Part shown: positions 1-10,500 of the stretch, piece by piece
Layout of the letters: each line of letters opens with the position of its first letter
Position numbering within the stretch: the stretch's first letter is position 1
Assembly (NCBI GenBank): GCA_964035545.1
Contig: OZ037772.1
Coordinates: 3,501,538 to 3,565,537 of the forward strand
Source of the DNA: Bugula neritina
Lineage: Eukaryota > Animalia > Bryozoa
Reading direction: 5' to 3'
DNA length: 64,000 bases
Notes under the pieces: generated by a model
Told to the model about the DNA's origin: nothing
The model's database searches: none
What the model saw: the letters and a program-made list of their open reading frames with translations, nothing else
Translations under genes and position numbers: made by a program

Positions 1-59
1 CACATACAACATGTAGACATGTAGTGATATACATTATAAAGCATATCATGTTGGTGAAT

Positions 60-1165
60 TGCTATACAGTATATTATGTTATACATTATATTATGTTATA
101 CAGTATATTATGCTATACAGTATATTATGCTATACAGTATACTATGTTATACAGTATAATATGTTATACAGTGTATTATGTTATACAGTATACTATGTTA
201 TACAGTATATTATGTTATACAGTATACTATGTTATACAGTATAATATTTTATACAGTGTATTATGTTATACAGTATACTATGTTATACAGTATATTATGT
301 TATACAGTATACTATGTTATACAGTATACTATGTTATACAGTATAATATTTTATACAGTGTATTATGTTATACAGTATACTATGTTATACAGTATATTAT
401 GTTATACAGTATACTATGTTATACAGTATATTATGTTATACAGTATATTGTGTTATACAGTATATTATGTTATACAGTATACTATGCTATACAGTATATT
501 ATGTTATACAGTATACTATATTATACAGTATACTATGTTATACAGTATATTATGTTATACAGTATACTATGTTATACAGTATACTATGTTATACAGTATA
601 TTGTGTTATACAGTATATTGTGTTATACAGTATATTATGTCATACAGTATATGCTATGTTATACAGTATATTATGTTATACAGTAAACTATATTATACAG
701 TATACTATGTTATACAGTATACTATGTTATACAGTATACTATGTTATACAGTATACTATGTTATACAGTATACTATGTTATACAGTATATTGTGTTATAC
801 AGTATATTGTGTTATACAGTATACTGTGTTATACAGTATATTATGTTATACAGTATACTATGTTATACAGTATATTATGTTATACAGTATACTATGTTAT
901 ACAGTATACTATGTTATACAGTATACTATGTTATACAGTATATTATGTCATACAGTATATTATGTTATACAGTGTATTATGTTATACAGTATATTATGTT
1001 ATACAGTATACTATGTTATACAGTATACTATGTTATACAGTATACTATGTTATACAGTATACTATGTTATACAGTATATGCTATGTTATACAGTATATGC
1101 TATGTTATACAGTATATTATGTTATACAGTATACTATGTTTTACAGTATATTTTGTCATACAGTA
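60..1165. repeat. Minisatellite, 17-bp unit TATACAGTATA(C/T)TATGT, ~65 copies
   Basis: Direct tandem repetition. It produces the spurious YSILCYTVYYVIQ ORFs in all three frames. Confidence 0.97.
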
Positions 1166-1904
1166 TACAATCATTCACCACCATGTCAGTCAAAGAATAT
1201 AATATAAAGTATATTATGTAGCAACAGCTGGGCTGTGGTGAAACTCTACCAGTCTAAATTCTTACACGCAGACATGCATATTTAATTAATTCAAACATTT
1301 TAAAAATGAACTTAAAACTCAAGAATTTAAAATATGAAACAAAATAATGTGTCCTATAAAAATAGCACAGCTTCTTAGAAGCAAGTATTTTACACTTGAA
1401 CATGCAGAATTTGTATAGAGTATAATGGTGACATTGTTGAATTGATACACACCTCTGATTGGATGTGTTTTACATAATAAAATAATTGTTAATCACTTTT
1501 ATTATTAGTCTAAGGTTGACAATAATTTACACTGTTAGTTATTGGTTGTAAACTGATTAATTCATCATTAAGTACTTGTTTGCTGCTGCCTGGTTTATAA
1601 CTGCTTATCACGACTTTAATAACAAGGAAATTATCTTCTCTTGTTGTCTCCAGGCGCTACTGTATTTGACAGGTTTCCCTGTTAATAAAGTAATCTTAAA
1701 CTGATACTGATGACATCCACAAATACTTGTGTAGGGGAACAATTGACTCTTCTCTACAACAGGGAAAGACTTGGTATAAGACACGTACTAATAATATTGC
1801 ATAGTTTATTTTATCAATTCACTTAATTTTATTGATTAAAAGTTATTTGCATGTAGGCCATTTTATAAATTGTTCCTATAAGACTAATTTGAGTGTACCT
1901 ATAC

Positions 1905-2380
1905 AACACTAGGTTTATATGACTGTGGTATATTGCTGAGTGCACATAGGCAGTGTCAATAATATAGTTATGTTATAGACTTTGCTCACGGTAAGAATTT
2001 ACAGTCCAATTCTTCGTGATGGAAATTTTTTATCTGCAGAAGAGCTCTAGTTTAAAAACTGTTATCTAAAGTTTGTTACTTCAAATACTATACAAATATT
2101 ATTTATAGTAGCTTGACATTTCGTATCATTAAAGAGTGTTTAATATAAATATTATAATGCATGAGATAAACATTCTCATGTGATATAATGTAGCTTGAAG
2201 TTATATCACATGACTTGACTATCTCTACTAGAGTTAGGGTGGGTCACCTGACAGCCCACACATATCCATACACTATACATCACATACTGTAGGAACACTG
2301 GGCTAATCTAATAAGTATAGAATAGTTGACCCAGCAGTTAGATACTTTGTTATAGAGACTCCAACTTTCTAATATAGTAG
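1905..2380 (+). repeat. ~450-bp locally duplicated block. Other copies: ~3080-3374 continuing after 13361; partial at ~14530-14860; ~53570-54040; ~54720-55220
   Basis: Shared strings 'ggtttatatgactgtggtatattgctgag', 'aaaactgttatctaaagtttgttactt', 'ttctcatgtgatataatgta' and 'gagttagggtgggtcacc'. Confidence 0.85.
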
Positions 2381-2392
2381 TAGAAATAAAAG

Positions 2393-2750
2393 CAAGAGTG
2401 TCCAACCTTTTCAGAGCGAAGGCCACTGCATGAAAGCAATTAATACTTTATGACGAAGGCCATATTGGACACGTTAGCTTGCTCTGAGGGCCACAGCATC
2501 AGTATTTTTAAATTTACTTTATTCCAAATTCCTATAAATCGCTACACAATAAAGTTCCAATAGTTACTGTTTCATAGCATGTGTATAAATAAGACATTAG
2601 AAAGATAGCTTCTCACTCTAATCCATGTATACATGTGAAATATTGTTTTAGTTTTTTGCCTTTGAGGGCCACATATAAATGTAGGCTGGGGGCCACATAA
2701 ATGTAGGCTGGGGGCCACATCCGGCCTGGGCCGCCTGTTGAAAAGCCCTG
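2393..2750. mobile_element. Old hAT-like MITE (paralogous copy at ~54063-54395)
   Basis: Termini 'caagagtgtccaacctttt...' and '...gggccgcctgttgaaaagccctg', with GGGCCAC subterminal motifs typical of hAT/Charlie-type MITEs. No TSD can be recognised. Confidence 0.5.
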
Positions 2751-3374
2751 CTTTAAATAGTTGATATATTAGTATGCCAGTGACCTAAAATTTAATGGTC
2801 ACTCTAGTGTTACTTTACACTTAACACAATTCAAATATTGTATATAATAATCTAGTATACTATACTCCATTAGTATAGTATAGTAATTGTAACCACCTGC
2901 AGGATGGTCACATGACCGCTGCTACTTCCCAGCCAGTTTACTAAATGACAGAATGAGAAGAATGATGGCTGATCAGATGTATAATAACATAGTTCATCAG
3001 TTCACTTGAAGTCTTAATTATTTTTTATGAAATTTAGTTGCTTGCATTTTAAAACTTGTTATTAAAACTATTCTAAGTATACAATACTAGGTTTATATGA
3101 CTGTGGTATATTGCTGAGTACACATTAAATCATAGGCAGTGTCAAAAATAGTTACTGTAGACTTTGCTCTAGTGGTAAGTTGGTTGAAAGAATTTACAGT
3201 CCAGTTCTTCGTGATGGAAATTTTTATCTGCAGAAGAGCTCTAACTGAAAAACTGTTATCTAAAGTTTGTTACTTGAAGTACTATACAAATATTATTATT
3301 AGCTTGACATTTGTTATCATTAAGGGGTGTTTAACATAAATATAATACTTGAGATAAACATTCTCATGTGATAT

Positions 3375-3679
3375 TGTTATAGTTTTCAGATTTAGGGTTG
3401 ATGTGCCACCAAGAGAGTCTATTTAACACTAGAGAAACTTCACCAGTTAAGTCGAGTAGATATCGTTATATTTAATACAAGAATACATAATAAAAATCCA
3501 ATGTACAACAGTAATGATACGCACGTCTATTTAGTTTACAGCACTATCCTCAACTGAGCTAGTAGCGCGAAGCGGCTACTATTACTAATAATACAGCTTG
3601 GCTAATTGGCTAATACATTGTTCCGGGTCAATACGCAACCTCGCGTATTGTGCTGCTGGTAGCTCCACGAGCCACCACA
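3375..3679 (-). repeat. 3' LTR (305 bp)
   Basis: 'tgttatagttttcag...gagccaccaca'. Identical to 13053-13357 except A3477 versus G13155. Confidence 0.97.
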
Positions 3680-3690
3680 CTGCCCCCTCC
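3680..3690 (-). promoter_or_regulatory. Polypurine tract
   Basis: The minus strand reads GGAGGGGGCAG immediately before the 3' LTR. Confidence 0.75.
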
Positions 3691-3944
3691 AGCAGAAAGC
3701 CCACTTTCTGATAAAATAAGATTCACATAAAAAAACGTATACTTCGTTGTGGGGGGTAAGAGAACAGTATAAAAGTATATAAAAAAAAACAACAACTGGT
3801 AAAAAATATACAGGTATATAACGTGCACTAAGTAATAAGCAAGAGAAGGTCCTATCTACATATAGAGTACGTGCCACCATTACGGTAGGGAATGCCACAG
3901 AGAGGTAGGGGAATGAGTAGTAGGGAGTTGTAGATAGACTCGAG

Positions 3945-6900
3945 TTAACTGCGGGCCGCACGCTTCATGCGTTTAATAGACTCCTGTAAATATTTGAGTT
4001 CACTGGACACAGTTGGTTTAAGGTCATACTTTTCATTTTCTGGCTCTTTGCCAGGTGCTTTATGTTCTATATGAACAATGTTCCACTGATAGCTCGAACA
4101 GGTTGAATGTCACAGGAACAAAAAAAATATGAAAAGATAAAGAAACTCATGTTCTCCAATATACTTTTTTATTTTTTTCAAAAGCCAATTCATGTTTAAG
4201 TTATAGCTTGTTGAAAAACATAGTCCCCCTTCCACATTCTTTTCAATTTATACGCTCCTGACTTGTTATTGTGTCTCAATAATATGCCTTGTATTTGAGT
4301 GCTTGTTAGTCTCGCTTCACTAACTTTGCCTATACTTCACAAGTGCCAGTGCTGCTGGCTCAAAAGCTAAATGTTATAAACTGTCAGCTAAAACCCAATC
4401 TTGTATTCCTAGGTTGGTTGGCCTAAATAAAACAATAGTCAAATCATGATTTCATGTTTTAAAAATTTACTCTATTCTAACCTGCTGCCTAGCTAGTTCT
4501 CTTTTTGATGTATAATTACAAAATTTGTGATACATTTTTTTGGCAACCATGTGATTTATAAAATGCAGTAATGGTACTTATAATATTATATTATTATCAT
4601 TATAATATATTATATAGTATTATGTGTGTTTTTATTATACTGCATAATATCTATTTTATTATTGTTGTTGTGCAAACAAGTGCAATTAACCTAGTTTTCA
4701 AAATGTACCTCTAAATTATCAGAATATTAGTTTAGATATTTTCATGCTTTGTTAGGTAAACCTAAAAAAAGAGGCTGTATTCCCAAAGTAAAGGGTGTTG
4801 AACTATGAACTATATTAGATTAGCCACTCTGCTACCAAGTGCATCAGTATAATATTATATGAATAGCTCTGATGCTTTGTCTCCGGTGGCTGGCTGCGAT
4901 ATGATAACTTGGCCAACTTCCAAGAGTTTAAAATTGGCGCAATTATTCAAGAGGTTACATGCTGCACAGAGCTAGCAGTGATAGTAACCTTGCTATTGGC
5001 AGTACTTATTACAACTGCCAGCATATAAGCTGCATTGTAGAATGCCGTTGGGGTAGGCTAGTAAAACCAAATTCTGCTCTCTAATATACCTTAGACACAA
5101 TGCAGCAACATAATTGTTCATTTCAAATTACATTGCCACCCTTACATGAGCTGTGGGCTTCATAAAGATTCATATGATTAGAGATTTATGCTATAGGCTA
5201 GCTATGATGAAAATAACACACCATTGTCAAAGTTAACTTCAAGTATGTTGTTTTCCAGAAACTCAGTAATGTCCATTTATCTCTCGCATACAAATACTTA
5301 TGTAATAGCATACAGTTTAAGTTTTATTTTAGAGCACATCTGCAAACTCTACAATAAGAGCTTGCTTTACCAGTCTATTTCAGACCTGTTTTTGTAGCTA
5401 GTAATACGCAAGCTACTTATTTTTAAACTTTTGGGTTATTTGTTCAAAACCATTTGCTTTGACTGCTATCAACATGAATTGACAGCCTAATAATTATAAC
5501 CCATTTGCGCGCGAAATATTTATGTAATGATAGTGACTCAAATAGTGCACGTTTTAGAAGCATGACTGCGTGGTCCAGAGGTTAGAGGCGTCAGCGACGA
5601 GTTGGTTGGTCATGGTTCAACCCTGTTTTGTTGCAATTTTTTTTGTCAACTTATGCAAATCCTACGCATGTATAATAAATATGGCTATAATTGTAAAGTT
5701 TTTTTTTAACTTTTGTTCAACAGTAAGACAACATACATGCATAATAATTAGATACTGAACACTAGACTAAACCTTAAATTGATCTTATAGAATACAATGT
5801 ACTTAAAATAATCATATGTGAATTAGAGAAACTGAAAGTATACACCTGCTGCGCTATAGACAGACCTTTACTGACAAGACTGCAAAGTGAAGTGATTTAG
5901 CTGAAATTAACTCTGCCAAACAAACAAAGAATTATGTTGTGCTGAGGCATTTTCAATATATTATTGTAACATAGTGAGATGATTCAGCTAAGTGCTAATG
6001 TAAAACAGGGAACATTATATTGGCAGAAATCCAATAGATTGCCAATTTGTGCGAGAGGGTACTATATGTTATTGTGATAGCGCAGAGCGGCAAACGTACT
6101 AGGAATGTTATAATTAGTCACAGGAGCGTAGCTAGAACCACCATATGAAGAATTTAGAAAATTGCAGTGAAACTTGCAAAATGGTGTATGTTTTTACCAA
6201 ATTGTGAAGAGCATAAACAGAATTTCAAAAAACAAAGAAAGTATATTAGAGAAAACATATCAAGGAATGTCAAGTTTAACTTTTAGACTTTATAAAATGA
6301 ATCCCCTGTGCTACAGCAGTGGAACATGGAGGGTGTAAAATTTTACTTATTATGCAACAACTTTCTCAGAAAATTTTTTATTGAAAAATTAAAAAAGTAT
6401 ATGAAAGAGGAATGCAAGAGCTATCTTTTCATGTAAAATTTGTTAATGTGAGACAAAAACTGTTCGAGCTATCCCCTGGAAACCGTTTATATATAACATA
6501 AAGCAGTGCATGAATCTGGAAAGCAATGACCTTAAACTAACTGTGGAGGCTGCCTGTACCCGTGGGGCCAGCCTGTACACTTCTTGCTCCAAGTCATGCG
6601 CCCTAGCTTCTACCTCACGTAGGTTACGGGCCCAGGGGGACGAGCGAGAGGAAGTTGGCTGCCTGTGTCGTTTCCGCTCTGAGGATGGAAGAGGAGGAGG
6701 GAGTGTATACGCATTTGTGTCTACTCTCTGTAGTACGACACGAGGAAAGGTATGCGGCATGCGTATAGGACTGTGAGGTGGAGAGTTAGCAGACTGTGTA
6801 GGTTTATCTGTGGCTCCAGAGATGATAGGTCGCGGGGAAGGGAAGCCTTGCTCCAGGCGAGATAGCCGAGCTGAGTCAGTGATGAGTGGTTTGATGGCGT

Positions 6901-7558
6901 TGAGAAAGGCAGGATATGATGATTCGTCTACTTCATAGACATGTCCTTGATAGCACTGCATAGTACGTTGGTGCCGCAGTAGGTAATCACGATTATAGCT
7001 ATATTCTCCGCAAGGGCAGAAAGTGGTGATGTAGTGCTGCGGCAAGTGCACCTTTAGTCTGCGGTGGGTTGTGAATCGCTGCTGGCAGAGGTTGCATTCA
7101 CGATTACTCTCACCTCCTTGATGGGTCCTGATTTCTCTCTCTGTGGCAGGGGTAATCCAGTTGGAGGTTGCTTCCAACTGGGGTGGTAGTTGCCTGGTGG
7201 TAGGAGTTGTTGGGGCCGGCTCTGGGTCCCATGCCATCTCTAGAGAAGGCATGTCCGTAGAGACGGGTGCGAGTGTGTCTACAAAAGTAGAATTATTGTT
7301 AGATCGCGGTGGATCTTTACAACATAATTCTAGTGACTGTCGACCGTTGCTAGCCTGAGAGTCACAGCTTTTGGAATGCACTCGAGGAACCGATGAATCA
7401 TGTGTGGACTGACCAAGAACAGTGTCTAGCTCCAGGTCTAACAGACCGTCGGCCATTACAGTGTCTTCATCGTCATTCACATGAAACGTGGTTCCCAGTA
7501 ATTCTGATTCAATCTGTTGAATTAGTTCAGAATTTACTGGCATCGAGCCCGTTTCCAT
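3945..7558 (-). CDS. Retrotransposon ORF3: zinc-finger/coiled-coil protein, interrupted. Segments 7558-6546 and 4005-3945 give 357 aa
   Basis: Canonical C2H2 finger CNLCQQRFTTHRRLKVHLPQH and a second finger CPC-x12-H-x5-C. Removing 4008-6545 and one GA TSD continues the frame as ...RVQAASSELKYLQESIKRMKRAARS* (1074 nt). The C-terminal ~33 aa of the track ORF 6443..7558 are read-through into the inserted transposon. Confidence 0.88.
4008..6545. mobile_element. Non-autonomous TIR DNA transposon nested in the gypsy element (CACTA/EnSpm-like)
   Basis: Left end CACAGTTGGTTTAAGGTCAT versus reverse complement of right end CACAGTTAGTTTAAGGTCAT (19/20). Further inverted blocks (tgctttatgtt.tatat, gatagctcgaacag, atgaaaagata) extend over ~125 bp. 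2-bp GA TSD at 4006-4007 and 6546-6547. GC content drops abruptly and there is no transposase ORF. Confidence 0.9.
5562..5625 (+). other. tRNA-like (SINE head?) remnant inside the nested transposon
   Basis: A-box-like TGGTCCAGAGG and B-box-like GGTTCAACCC at tRNA-like spacing. No convincing cloverleaf. Confidence 0.35.
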
Positions 7559-7575
7559 GAATAGGAATACAAGAC

Positions 7576-10500
7576 TTATACTGGCTTACCTGGGAACTCG
7601 GTATTAATGTCCATACTCAACGTTCTTGGTAAGGTTGGAGCTGGTTGTGGGATACGTCTGCCTTTGGCGATGTCAGCATAAGAAAAGGCTGAGCATCGTT
7701 TCTGAGGCACGAGGTCGGAACTATTTGCTTTACGCGCATTAATTCCTCCCACTATTCCGCCCTCGCAAAAGTTGATATTTGCGTGGGGTTCACAACTCCA
7801 ACATTTTATCGTACGGTTTTCCCCTAGACTTTCATATGCGCCGCTTCTAATGCAGTCACATATGAAGTCTTTCAAATACGGTGGGGGTTTCCTCGTACGC
7901 TGTCCCCTTTCCAGGGGGGGTGAAACGCTTGCCGGTTCGTTAGTAGGGGCCTCAAATGGCGTCTCTACTTCACCGTTAGTGGTCACCTCTTCTTGTTCTC
8001 CGGATGGAGCCCCTCCCTCCGTGGGGGTTTGCACTTCCGGAACCGGCTCGGTTTCTGGACGTGATGGAATTAGACTTGGCGGTGGCGGACACGCTTCTGT
8101 TGACAAAAGCTGCCGCTCCTCTCTCACCAAGTTTTCCTCCCGCGGTATGACCACTTCGTATTCAGGTCCATGCCGCCGTCGCCCGCGCGTCGTTGTCTGC
8201 CTCCTGGGCTCTAACAACGGGGGGGCTTCTCCCACTCCGTCAGGGCTAGCCCAATACGGTTTCAAGCGAGACTCATTCTGGATAGACACCTGTCCTGAGC
8301 GCTCAATCTTGTACGTATGATTGGGCATAGCCTCGACGACCACGTAGGGGCCTACGAACTTAGGCTTCAGCTTATCAGCCTGTCCGCGGCGCCTACGGTA
8401 ATTGACCATCCACACCTTATCTCCTCTTTGATAGAGGGGTGGTTCATCGGAATCTTCGTGCCGCACCTTCCACTGCTGTTGACGCAGTATCTCGTGTGCG
8501 GCCTTCATCCGTTCCACTAGTTCACTGGCATACTCGTGGACTGAGTTATCCTGCTCTGGAACGTGATAGGTGAGAATGTCAGGGACACGAGTCTCTCTCC
8601 CGAGCATCAAGAGGTTTGGGGTCTCACCAGTACTGGTGTGTGGGGTGCTACGGTATGCACGCATGACTTGCGGCAACACCGTATCCCATTCCTCTTGACC
8701 CCGTCCAAGGAGGAGACTCCGGAGCGCATCACCTAGCATCCGGTTGTTGCGCTCCACCACCCCGTTACCTTGAGGGTGGTAGGGGGTGGTCCTGCTCTGA
8801 TTTACTCCCCAGAGGTGGCAAAGGTCGCTCATCAGTTGAGACTAGAATTGAGCGCCTTGATCAGAGTGTATCTGTTCGGGAAGCCCAAAATAACAGAATA
8901 CATGTTGGTCTAGTGCCCTGGCCACTGTTGGGGCTGATGCATCTGGGATAGCCAGAGCATCCGCCCACCTAGTAAAGTGGTCGGTTAGTACTAGGATCCA
9001 ATTATTGCCTCTGGGGGTCAGGGGCATGGGTCCGACCAGGTCTACAGCGACTACTTGCCAGGGCCTACCAGCATATAGCCTCCGCCGTCCTGCTTCACCA
9101 GGGGGGCGGCTATGCTTACTGGCCTGGCAGATCTCACACTGTTTGACTCTGAGCCAGACGTCACGCTCCATCTGCGGCCAATACCACCGGAGTCGTAATT
9201 TGGATATCACTCGCTTGACCCCTGTGTGGGCCTGCTTGTGAGTATCCCAAATCAACTCACGGCGGATGGCTGTGGGGCAGACTACCCTCTTCCTTTCCGG
9301 GTGTCTGCCGCTGGCAGCTAGAGAGATGGTTAGCAACCCATCCTGCCCGATCCGCAGCGAGTCCCAACGCTGACAGTATAGCCGGAACTCGGCGCATCCC
9401 TGTCGTATGCGTTCCTCGCTGGGTCGTCGCCCTTCCCTTTTGGCCCGGTAGATGTCTGCCACGACTCCAGGCAGCTCTTCTTGGAGCTTCTTCAGCTCTC
9501 GAACATTACCGGCCAGTACAGGGTTGGCGCGGAGGTTTTGTACATCCTCCGGGGACTCATCAACTCTTTGCCTGAGTTGACCTTGATCCCAGTCAAACGG
9601 TGCTCCGTGATGAGCCAGCGTCTCCAACTCGCATCGTGGGGGACCTCCATCCCTCCTCTCGATGTTGAGACACTGTTTGCAACCTCCGTCAGGTCGGCGA
9701 CTCAACCCATCCGCATTGCTGTGTCTCTTGCCCGGTCGGTGTTCGATCCGGTACGAGAATTCAGCTAGGATTTCGAGCCACCGGGCGACCTGACTAGAGG
9801 GCTCTGCTCTCCTGCACAACCAGATCAGCGAGGCATGATCCGTACGCAGCCGGAACTTCCTGCCATATAGGTATGGTCTGAAGTGCTTCACTGACTTGAT
9901 TACTGCCAGCAGCTCCTTGCGGGTAGTGCAGTAATTTCGTTCAGCGGGAGAGAGAGACTTGCTGTAGTAGGCTACTACTACTTCTCGGCCTTCCTGCACT
10001 TGTGACAGCACAGCGCCAACATTCTGGTCACTGGCGTCCGTGTCTAGGATGTACTCCAGAGTGGGGTCTGGGTAGGCCAAGATGGGCGCCGTTAGGAGGC
10101 AGCCCTTGAGGCGGTCGAACGCTTCTTGTTCGACTGGAGTCCACTGCCACGTCACTCCCTTTGCGGTGAGCCGGTTCAACGGCTGGGCTATGCCCGCAAA
10201 GTCTGGTATGTATTGCCTGTAATACCCTACCAGCCCCAAGAAAGCCCGGAGTCCGGTCAAGTCTTGAGGGGTGACCCAGTCTTCTACTGCCCGTACCTTT
10301 TCGGGATCCGTTGCCACGCCGTTCCGACCGACAACGTGCCCCAGGTACTTGACCTCCGGCTGCAACAGAGCGCACTTGGAAGGTTTGAGCTTATGACCGG
10401 CACCTCGGAGTCTCTCGAAAACCTCCTGCAGACGACTGACATGTGTCTCGAAGTCTGGAGAGATTACGATGACATCATCGAGGTAGACCAGCAGTGTCTT

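Noticed and set aside
24-1221. Long Tyr/Cys/Ile-rich ORFs (also 51543-52868 and 33476-34392)
   Set aside because: They are translations of stop-poor 17-bp and 21-bp tandem repeats and are open in several frames at once.
3602-3961. 119-aa minus-strand ORF before the 3' LTR (possible ORF4)
   Set aside because: It starts at a non-ATG codon, crosses T-rich 3' UTR runs, the PPT and the LTR, and has no motifs.
4900-5030. Peptide ELAVIVTLLLAVLITTAS, faintly like a hAT dimerisation domain
   Set aside because: It is too short, is bounded by stops, and does not fit the CAC termini and 2-bp TSD.
6443-6545. C-terminus of the 371-aa track ORF (TVSLRSLLSRFMHCF...), which looks hydrophobic
   Set aside because: It is read-through into the nested transposon TIR and not a TM anchor, so it gives no support for an Env.
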